Assembly: GCA_002269645.1 (NCBI GenBank)
Contig: NIVC01002574.1
Location: 62,001-126,000 of the forward strand
Reading direction: 5' to 3'
Length of the DNA: 64,000 nt
From: Macrostomum lignano
Taxonomy: Eukaryota
How positions within the stretch are numbered: position 1 is the first letter of the stretch; each line of letters begins with the position of its first letter. Both the position numbers and the translations under genes were made by a program. The notes beneath the pieces are model-generated. The model saw only the letters and a list, made by a program, of their open reading frames with translations. It was not told the DNA's origin and did no database searches. Positions 1 through 10,151 of the stretch are shown here, piece by piece.

Positions 1-2077
1 CCTGGACGGCGGCGGCATTCGCGGCCTCATTCTGGCGCAGCTGATGCGGGCTATCGAGCGCCGGCTTATTCAACACGAGCAGCAGCCGCAGGCGCAGCTT
101 GTTGACTATTTTGACTGGGTGTCCGGCACCAGCACCGGCGCAATCTGCGCGTTGGCTCTGGGCGTTGGCAAAACTGCCGCATTTGGCCGCTGTCTGTATT
201 TGAAGCTGAAGGATCGAATGTTTCAGGTACGACAGTGCTGCATTCTGAATGAGTCTAGGATCCTGGATGAGTCAAGGATCCTGGATGAGTCAAGGACCCT
301 GGATGAGTCTAGGACCCTAAATGAGTCTAGAACCCTAAATGATTCCAGGACCCCGAATGAGTCTGGGACCCTAAATGAGTCTATAGGACCCTGGATGAAT
401 CTAGGACCCTAAATGAGTCTATAGGACCCCAAAGGAGTCTAAGACCCTAAATGAGTCTATAGGACCCTGGATGAATCTAGGACCCTGAAAAATGAGTCTA
501 GGACCCTAAATGATTCCAGGACCCCGAATGAGTCTGGGACCCTAAATGAGTCTAGGACCCTGAATGAGTGTAGGACCCCGAATGAGTCTAGGACCCTAAA
601 TGAGTCTAGGACCCTGGATGAGTCTAGGACCCTAAATAAGTCTATAGGACCCCAAAGGAGTATAAGACCCTAAATGAGTCTATAGGACCCTGGATGAATC
701 TAGGACCCTGAAAAATGAGTCTAGGACCCTAAATGAGTCAAGGACCCCGAATGAGTCTAGGACCCTAGATGAGTCTAGGACCCTAAATGAGTCTAGGACC
801 CTAAATGAGTCTAGGACCTTGGATGAGTCTAGAACTTTTGTCGCATTACTGTGCTGTACTACTAATTACTACTATGTTAATTGTAACGTAGTTGATTTGA
901 TTCCTACATATCGGCAGGGCTCGCGTCCCTACGCAGCCGACTTCCTGGAGCAGACGCTGCAAGAGATGTTTGGCGAGAACACCGTAATGACTGACATCCC
1001 GCTGAGTCGCTGCGGCATCATGGTGCACGCCCTGCTAGCTGACAGATTCCCGCCGCTGCTGCACACTTTCCGCAACTACGATCCGCCTTTGCCCGACCCT
1101 AAGCCGCTCAAGTCTTCGCCTGAGGTGGCCGTCTGCCGGCCCGAGGATCAGCTGGTCTGGCGGGCGGCCAGATCTTCCGGTGCGGCGCCGACATTCTTCA
1201 AATCCTGCGATCAGTACCTGGACGGCGGGCTGGTGGCTAACAACCCCACCCTGGATGCCCTGACTGAGGTCAGCTGTGCTCTATTCTTGCTTCTGTTTGC
1301 TTGCAGTGAATCAGTGAGTGAGTGAGTGAGTGAGTGAGTGAGTGGGTGGGTGAGTGAGTGAGTGGGTGGGTGAGTGAGTGAGTGAATGGGTGAGTGCGTG
1401 AGTGGGTGAGTGAGTGAGTGAGTGGGTGGGTGAGTGAGTGAGTGAATGGGTAAGTGAGTGAGTGGATGAGTGAGGGAATGAGTGAGTGAGGGAGTGAGGG
1501 AGGGGCAGCAATCTATCCGAGGATATTGCAGCCAAGCAAAGCATCTCCACAATTTTCCTGTTCCCTCCCATTTCCCTCCCCGCAGCTGACCGCCTACTAC
1601 AAGAAGAACTATAACCAGCTGCCAAAGCTGCGCTGCGTTGTATCTCTGGGCACTGGCCGAATCCCAGTGATCCCAATCTCCAACCGTGACGTGTTCATGC
1701 CATCCAATCCGGCCCAGCTGTTGCAGACTTTCCGCGGCATGAACAGCCTGGCCCAGATCATGGTTGAGCAGGCCACCAGCGCCGATTATCAGACTGTACG
1801 CCGGGCCCAGGCCTGGTGCGACTGTCTCGGCGCCCGCTATTACCGACTGTCGCCGCCAATCTCGGCGGACATACCCCTAGACTGCAAGAGTACGTCAATA
1901 TTGATCCAGATGCTTTGGGAGACCGAAGTCTACCTGGCTAGGAGTACGGACAAGCTCGACCAGCTGGTTCGAGTGCTCACAGCGCCGCACAGGGCGGCTA
2001 AAGCTGCTGCTACATTCTCGGCCGAGCCAGGGACGCCTGGGACGCCTAAGACGCCTAAAGTGGCTGACTGGTCCTGA
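1..2077 (+). CDS. PLA2G6: Patatin-domain calcium-independent phospholipase A2 (iPLA2-beta-like), 3' part; exons <1-226, 918-1268, 1586-2077
   Basis: Frame 2 from base 2 reads LDGGGIRG (GxGxxG), then GTSTG (GxSxG nucleophile) and LDGG (catalytic Asp). Two phase-0 GT-AG introns (227-917, 1269-1585) join MFQ|GSRPY and LTE|LTAYY; stop TGA at 2075-2077. The GSRPY and CVVSLGTG segments resemble iPLA2-beta. The N-terminus lies upstream of the window, so orthology is inferred. Confidence 0.85.
247..833. repeat. ~18-bp minisatellite (TGGATGAGTCTAGGACCC-like) filling PLA2 intron
   Basis: Tandem units visible directly; explains the ESRTLN/ESRILD tail of ORF 44..412. Confidence 0.95.
1311..1497. repeat. 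(GTGA)n-type tetranucleotide microsatellite in PLA2 intron
   Basis: gagt/gtga/gggt runs seen directly. Confidence 0.95.
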
Positions 2078-2250
2078 AAACATGCGCTGAATTCGCTGTG
2101 CTGGTTTTGCGCTATCAAATTGATCATTTTAAACGCTTTTTAGGTCCCAAAGCTTTCTATATTAAATCACTTATTCACAAGTAGCTACTACTCTACTGTC
2201 CATACTACTTAATAAGTAGTATATGTAGTGCTATGTTGCCAGTAAAATAA

Positions 2251-2462
2251 GTGCAACCGGCTGTGCAACCGGCAGTTCAGCCGTAGGACTGGGGGGTCGC
2301 CACACACCCTCAATTACCCCAGTTAATGCTGGCAGCCATTTTACAGCTGGGTGAACTGAAGCAATGCAGAGTCCAAGTGTCTTTCTTAAAGGACACAAAT
2401 GTTTTGAGAATCGAACCCCTGATCTTTCAGGTGTGAGTCCGATGCTCTATCCCCGAGGTTGT
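2251..2462 (-). mobile_element. tRNA-derived SINE with V-/Meta-domain-like core
   Basis: Minus strand: tRNA-like head TAGAGCATCGGACT...GGGGTTCGATTCTC (A/B boxes; B box at 2406-2417). Then the core TGTGTCCTTTAAGAAAGACACTT...CAGTTCACCCAGCTGTAAAATGG, resembling conserved central domains of widespread metazoan SINEs. Short tandem tail (GCCGGTTGCAC)x2. Confidence 0.7.
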
Positions 2463-2981
2463 GATAAAATAGTTACAATCGGTGGACCTCTATAAATTTG
2501 ATTCTATTTTGATTTCTGTTTGACTGGAGTGATATAATCGATTTCTTCTCTTCTTAATTAGTTTCAAACGGTTTTATCCTTTTTTCTGCTTTTCTGTGCA
2601 ATTATTTATCGGATGGAAGATAAGTGTAGAGGTTGAGAATCTACAACTCAAACTAATATGTGAAACAATCTAGTGTATTATACATGCTCCAGCTAGCATG
2701 AAGCTGTGAGTGATTCTGTGGTAACTTTAAAGACTGAGCTTCCTTGTATTGTTGAATCAATTTTGTCACAATAGCCGCCGTTTCAAGACATTTTTGCTAA
2801 TGCTAATTCTCTGTTTTGACGTAAAAATTGCTGATAATTAAGTATAGTTTTTGTGTACATTTGTATCGTATGTGTTACGTGATTGATATGAAGTAAGTTT
2901 ATACTACGAGCTCGTAAAATATTTCAACTTTTAGTGCGATTCAAATAGTGAGAATAGGCCCTTTCGCGTGCGTTTGGTCAC

Positions 2982-3056
<75 letters not shown>

Positions 3057-3091
3057 ATACTGCTACTACTGCTGCTGCTACTGCTGCTGCT
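2982..3091. repeat. (CTA)n microsatellite grading into (CTG)n
   Basis: Seen directly; source of the poly-T/poly-V ORFs. Confidence 0.97.
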
Positions 3092-3400
3092 ACTCTAGTG
3101 TACTCTAAGTATACATATTTGCGTAGGCAGCCTATACGCACCTAGTACTCGTAGTAGTTGGCCGCATTCCATAGCTCTAGCTGCTGAGAAATAGTTTGAA
3201 AGTTTTTATTGTCAAGTTTATTCATTTTTCAAGCGTTATTTTATTTTAAATATTTAACTCTCTCAGTATTTCACTAGCAGGTAGTCATGTCCTGTTTTGG
3301 TTCCGGGTGTTCTATGCTCTCTGTTTTTATTCCATCGTTCTGTGTTTAGTGTAAATATTTATTCCGAGCTAGTTAAACACTGGCATACTACGGCCATTTT

Positions 3401-3750
3401 CTTGGCATCTCAGAATGCCCACCTGAACCTTGGCATCTCAGAATACCCACCTGAACCTTGGCACCTCAGAATGTCCACCTGAACCTTGGCACCTCAGAAT
3501 GTCCACCTGAACCTTGGCACCTCAGAATGCCCACCTGAACCTTGGCATCTCAGAATGCCCACCTGAACCTTGGCATCTCAGAATGCCCATCTGAACCTTG
3601 GCATCTCAGAATGCCCACCTGAACCTAGGCATCTCAGAATGCCCACCTGAACCTAGGCATCTCAGAATGCCCACCTGAACCTAGGCATCTCAGAATGCCC
3701 ATCTGAACCTTGGCGTCTCAGAATGCCCACCTGAAACTTGGCACCTCAGC
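3401..3750. repeat. 28-bp minisatellite (CTTGGCATCTCAGAATGCCCACCTGAAC)
   Basis: About 12 tandem units seen directly. Confidence 0.95.
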
Positions 3751-4834
3751 ATTCCGCATTGATCAAAGTGAGTCATCTCAGCAACTCCCCTCTAATTCTG
3801 CTGATCTTGTGGGAAACTTTGCCGCAGACTAAACCGCATTATTCGCCAATTATGTATATTATCGAAGCAATTCGTTCGTTATTACTGATTAATTCAATAA
3901 AATTTGCATCGGCTCTGTTCTTGCTAATCTGTTGCTTTCGTGGACTTATGGTCTATATATTCTGTGCGACAGATCTTCGCGACCCTAAGATGCAAGGAAT
4001 GGAAAGTTTGTCTTTAGTCTCAGTTCCAACACTAAACGTGGTTTTACTGTTGATGTAGTTTTCTGTTGTATAATTCCCGTAGTATCCTGATTTGACGTTT
4101 CAATTTCATGTCGAATAAAGTCGAAATGATGATTTGAATTCTTATTTACAAGCCGAATGCTGTGTTAATATTTCTCTATATACAGTAGTACTATTGTTGA
4201 TTTGTACACTTAACCGTTCTGATGTAATTGGTGCCCCGGATGCAGTAATAATATAAATATGCCATAACAATAATTTTCTTTTTTATCGCCTTTCAAAATA
4301 TTGTTGTTTTTGACTTAAACAATCTGCATACTCAAACAGTAATCTTTAGAGTTTATTTATTTCTGTTATTACAAAAAATAAGCGGAAAAAATAAAAAACA
4401 GTAGTTAATGAGCATTAGGGCATGATGAAGGAACTTCCAATTCCAGTTGAAGAGGAGTCTGGACACAATCTAGTCTAGAATTTGTCAAGCGTTTTAAACT
4501 TAAATCCCCATTTATCATTTTCGAAGCAGAAGTTGATTATAAGCAAAGTACCCAACTTCCCCAAATTATTTGTCAGTAAACTTTATTTCCCTTGAGCTTT
4601 GGGAATTTTTGCATTTTTATTACAGCTTGGGGGCTGAATTCGTGAAATTGGCTGACTTTTTTATTTCATTAACAAACACCGGATATGTAAGCTTTCAATT
4701 GCCTTCTCACACAAGTCTCTCATCATAAGCATTCGAGGCTATAAGTTTTGTTCTAAACATATATTCTCTTGAATATGCAATTATGCTATAAAAAGAGCGT
4801 TGAAAGAAAATTACCTTCATTCAGCAACTTACTC

Positions 4835-5109
4835 GTATTTGGGGTCTGTAGTTGACCAGCCATCCGCCTTATTCACCTGATCTGACATCCTGTGACTTTT
4901 TTCTGCAAGTCAAAGATTCACCGCGTCAACGGCGCTTTTCAACCACAGAAGCGGCTGCAGATGCTTTCGATGAGGTGGTGGAGGGGATGTCTTGGTTTGA
5001 GAGAATGAGGCGCTGCATATAGAGTCTGGTAGAGTATTTTGAGAAGCTCTGAAAAATTCACTTTTAGTTGCTGCTTTTGCTCGAGAAACAACTTTCGTAG
5101 GCCCCCGTA
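4835..5109 (+). mobile_element. Mariner (Tc1/mariner) transposon remnant: transposase C-terminus plus 3' TIR
   Basis: The frame from 4861 reads HPPYSPDLTSCDFFL...WFERMRRCI*SLVEYFEKL*, matching the mariner YSPDLAPxD and EYFEK motifs, with in-frame stops. It is followed by AACTTTCGTAGGCCCCCG+TA, whose reverse complement TACGGGGGCCTACGAAAGTT is a mariner-type end with TA. No 5' TIR was found. Confidence 0.75.
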
Positions 5110-7104
5110 ACTGCAGTTTTCTACGGAAGTACGAGCGTAAATTTCCTGCTTATAAAAATCACTCGACTCAGTGGATACCAGTGGGCATGTGCTTAGCCGG
5201 TGGAGCAAAGGTTTTGGAACTCCACAAAAAGTTCGCGTAGGTTGCTAGAAATAGCTGGGTCAGCTGGGTTGACCATAGACTGTAGCTAGTAGAATAGAAG
5301 AGTATAGAATTTTAATGCGCCACTGTGACCAGCGCTGCTGACCATGCTCAACAGGAAGGGCTTTTTTACCATAGACTTGAAAACATGATCGACAGTTAAG
5401 GCCTGAGATTTAATCCCCGCTTTGGCCCGGCTAGCTGCCTATCTCTGTGTATTTTCATTTCTTGGACTCCAAGAAATAATTGCTAAAAAACATTCTTTCA
5501 GTATAAGATAATCCCCACTTGATTTCGCTTCTTTGGCCTAGGAACGGCTGAGGACTGCGTTTCTAGGCCGAGGCTATTCCTCCCTCCCTCGCTGACTCCC
5601 TCTGACACCCTATGATACAAGACTGCTTATAACTGTTCGTAGTTAGATTTTTCACTTTTGATCCCCATTTGTTGCTATTCAGTGTTGTGAAACCGGTCTT
5701 GTTTCAAAAGTATAACAGCATCTTTGTGTTTCTACCATAGACAATTATTTCTTGGCCTCCAAGAAACGCCTGATGGGAGTCTCAACTCATTTGAAGGAAT
5801 GTTTTTTAGCCATAGACAATTATTTCTTGGAGTCCAGCGTTATCCCCGGGCTTCAGGATGAAATCCAGTAGGTCCGGCGAAATCTCCATATCCGGGGCTT
5901 CAACAACGACAGCAGCAGAGATGTCACCCATATTCGGTACCAAGCTACACACAACTGAAGCTTTTCTGATCTTACACAGAATATTCGGCTTTATAGAGCT
6001 TTATAGCCAATAGTCTATGGCCGAGGCTTAGTCTCATATCCTCCCGCTGGCTGCGGCAATTAAATATTATAATCCCCACTTGATTTCGTTTCTTTGGCCT
6101 AGGAACGGCTGAGGACTGCGTGGGGATTATCTTATACTTAATACACCCCTTAGATGGGCCACTCCAGCCGCATGGCCGCAGCGCCAAAACCCCGGGGTTA
6201 CGGCCATAGACTGTACGTAGCCTCCGCTTCTCTTAAGAATTTAGCACAGTACTCGAAGAATAGCACTTGAAAAGCATTCGAATCTAACTGATTCAGCAGC
6301 TAGTGTCTGTGGCCCATACCCCGGGGGTTTTGGGGTCTGGGAGACGGCCGCTAAATACATTAGCAAATTTTGGAGTGGCACATTTAGGTAATATAGAATC
6401 TGCGGTTAAGGCTGTTGATATAAGGTCAGCTCTGCTTACCATACGGCAGCTCAAGGTTAAACTTTCAGTCTATGATGCGTCTCTGGGTCTTTTGTGTCTT
6501 AGCGTGTCATGACGCATTCACTTTAAACTTGGCATCCTGTGTGCGTCTGGCGCTTAAACAACCTACAGGATGCGACCCCAAGATGCAGTGCTGTCATTGA
6601 CATCAATACAGCTTACAATACTCTAGTCCACTAAGTTTTCGTTGCAGATTCAAGGCAATGCCGATTGGGAAAGATACATGGGGCTGTGAGGCATCTGGCA
6701 TCCAGAAGCGTGATGTCGAGCCAGTTTAATTATATGAGGCTTAAAATTAAACTTCGTCATTTTGAACGGCATCGGCATTTTTAATATGGGCAAAAAAGCT
6801 GAATCTGGCAAAGCGCCCTAGTCTCGATCCTCATTATAGAAAACAGCTTTTTGCGCGTTCTAGAATCTTGGAGCCAAGCTTCTTAAGTCGCCTGGTTAAA
6901 AGAGCATAAGTACTCGTAACGTCTTACTGTTCACTTTATCATTATATTTCGGTTATTATCCGTATATTGCCGGTTCCTTATCCAGCAGCTGCTCGATAAA
7001 ATGTATGCAACTTTTCGTTCAGCTAAGATTGCGCATCAGGTTTGCACTTCTATTCAATTCAATCCAGTCTGCCTTCATGATCACTGACCACAGTGCTCAA
7101 GTGC

Positions 7105-7715
7105 TCAGTACTCCACTTCGTCGGTTTCGCGGCCAAATCGGAACGGCATGTGCACCGTGTCGTCGCGTTTGCCCCATCGGAACACATTAGCTCGCTTGCC
7201 CCATCGGAACACGTTGGCTCGCTTGCCCCAGCGAAAGACATTCGGAGCCCGCTTGCTCTCTGGCCAGTAGTAATAGACCTCTTCAGTTGATGGCGCCGGA
7301 TACTCGCTCATCAGGATCCTGCCAGGCGCCATCCGTTTGCCGCGCTTCAATTCCAAAGCCTGAGAGTCCTCACCTGCGGGTTTTGTATCGAATAAAGATA
7401 ATGAAGGAAGTGCCGTCTTGCGTCCGTCATCTTTGCTGATTTCATTTCAGCCGATTTCCTTAATTAGCAAAAATGGTTCCAGCATCCTAGAGTTGCATCC
7501 GCGATGCCGAAAATCAATTATGGAAAATATTTCGGGGCCTAGTTGCTGCTAGTGCTGGTTGACAGCCTAAGACTTTCAAATTTCAACTGTTGCTTTGATC
7601 GGAGACAGAGTGCAAGTTTCGCATATTCACCATTTGCAACGCGCGCGCTCGTTTGCGTAACCATCAGAAAGGCCAAGGCCAGGCCGCAGACCAGCATTGC
7701 TGTGTTTAGAAACAT
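7105..7715 (-). CDS. Neuropeptide precursor (117 aa): APNVFRWamide, ANVFRWamide x2, DDTVHMPFRFamide; exons 7715-7631, 7373-7105
   Basis: ATG at 7715 opens a hydrophobic signal peptide (MFLNTAMLVCGLALAFLMVTQTSA). A phase-1 intron (donor GTGAAT at 7630, acceptor CCCGCAG ending at 7374) joins in frame. Peptides are flanked by KR and end in G-KR or G-R amidation/cleavage signals; stop TGA at 7107-7105. Confidence 0.92.
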
Positions 7716-10151
7716 TTCCAATCAGACTGTTGGCCAAATACTGCAGGAATGAAACGGTGCGGGATTTACATCGCATGGGCTTACAAATAGCTGCGATGTT
7801 CGTTACAAACTGCAGAGAAATCTTCACTTACCAATTTAAGTTAGAAGGGCTACTTAACTCTGAGCAAATGAGTCAACTGCTGGTTGTAGACTGTCTGTTA
7901 CTCAGTGGTGTGCTCATTCTTGATGGAGAGAATCTTTGCTTAAATAGGCTCCGAGTGCGATGAACCAGCTACTTGCTATTCGAATCCCCTGCAAAAAAAC
8001 GCGATACAACAACATTGTAGCTGATTGGCTAGTTAAAAACATCATTTTGGGGGCGGACTTGAGCACCAAAAATGTATCTTGCCGCTCACTAGCTGGACAG
8101 TTTGCCTCTGCAAAATAGTCCATTTATGGAATCAATAACAAAGTGACGACTTTTATTGCCGTACATGTGAAAGAAAAAACACCGTCGTGTCGTCGAGGAT
8201 AAGAATCTGTGTCAACAGATGAATTGCAACGACATGCGCATACATGTACACAATGAATGCCCTTCCATGTATGCATACATGTATACATATATATATGCCC
8301 TTCCACTTGACGCCCTGCGATTTATGCTATATAATTTGACTATTGCGAAATAACCTTTTCAAAGAAAGCACATTTTATTTAAAAAACAGAAAAGATTATC
8401 GGTAGATATCTATCTTCTAGGTATCCCTAATACTATTTGGGCTATTCCAATATGATATAAGCATCCAACACTCGCAGACTTAATAATCTACGCAAAATTG
8501 ATCGTAACAACCAAACCGATGTTATCGACAGTCGACGTCTCCTCATTGTTTAGCAATTTGACGATCGTTGTTCGCACATTTTTAATGCAGAACAATCCAT
8601 TACTACAGACAATGCATTGTCTGTAGGATCGTCAAACAGAAAAACAATGCAAAGAATCAGCGGTCGCAGTGCGTGACAACGATTGTCTGTGGCTCGCGCC
8701 TACGGGGCGCTCGCCAGACAATCGTTGTCACGCACTGGGACCGCTGATTATTTATCCATTGCTGTTTGATATGACAGTAAATGTTAAGACATACAAAATA
8801 TAGATTTTTAAGATTGGCTAAGGTTGCCATGCAATTAGAGTGATGATGGCTCTGATTAATAATGATGAATTTGTATAGATGCATGTACACTGTAGCTACT
8901 GTGAACGTTTCTGTGAACGACGACAGCAATGTCGAAATGAGCTGAACTTTCAGTTACAACTCCTTGCACAGCTCCTCTTGAACGGTAAAACTGCAGAACG
9001 AGTTTGATATGCTGAGCGAAATTGCATTGATTTGGCACCGACAAAAATAGCAACAGAATTTAATGCCGTATCACGAACTTCTCAAGACACAACATTACGC
9101 TGAAACTACCTGGACATGAAGCGTTACGTTACGGTCTCAAGCAACCTACCGACTAAGCACGTCCAGCCTGAAATTGAATGTGCGCGCTTGATAAATACAT
9201 GGAATCGTATCATTCAGATCAGTATAAGCAAGTGGTACGTACGTATAGGCACGTGGAATACCAACCAGGCTAAATACACTGTATGAGTAGTAACTTGAAA
9301 TGGCCTGACTACATGTACATAAAGCTACGCTCGTATACTAACATATGACAACGTTGTATAACATGTATTGTATTTTAATCAATGCAGGTAGCGAAACCTA
9401 TTCAATATAAATCAGAGTTTTTTATAAATGAGTTTTCTCTGCTAGTTTATCTTCGCTTTAATCTTTCCTGCATTGAAATGGCATGCAATACATTGTATGC
9501 ATTATAGTGGCATAATATACGCTCGTGTTTATAAGTTGTGTTTTAAAGTGGTCTTTACAAACTTTGCAAACATGCAATTGTGTCTTTAAGAATAAGAATT
9601 TGGCGCGAGATTTCAACGCTACGTTTTGCCCTACATTTTGTCAGCACAACACTAGCCCAACGTCAGAAAATAAAACTTTGAGCGCGCCTAGTACGTAGCA
9701 AAAAGCAGAGTTTTTAATAAACTGAAGAATTATTTCTGACGCAAGCTAATCTCATCAATATTTATCGATTTTATACATTTTAGCGTATTTAATTTAAAAA
9801 CTGTCTCGGCTGACTTTGGACTGGTGAAATTCTGGTTTCTAATATTGCATTTCCCGCTAAGTTTTTGTGACGACCCAAATCCGGATACTTAAGGTTTTAA
9901 AGTAAATCAAATCAATAATTTTAAATTGTAACTATCTAAATATGAGTGCATTTAAAGCTAGTTTTAATGTTTAAGTTTTAGTTCCTTTGTTAAATGTTTT
10001 CCGTGATCAAAGAAAAAACACGTTTCACTAGTAATCAGTTTTCAGATTTAACATAAAAATATCAGAGGCTTATTTTATTTTGTGAAAATTTGGAAGATTT
10101 GTGGATAGTGCTATTTTAATCGATAAGGTTGCATAATAAGGGCTGCTCACA

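Noticed and set aside
2400-2462. tRNA gene
   Set aside because: A and B boxes are present, but no acceptor stem or cloverleaf closes, and the sequence continues into a SINE core.
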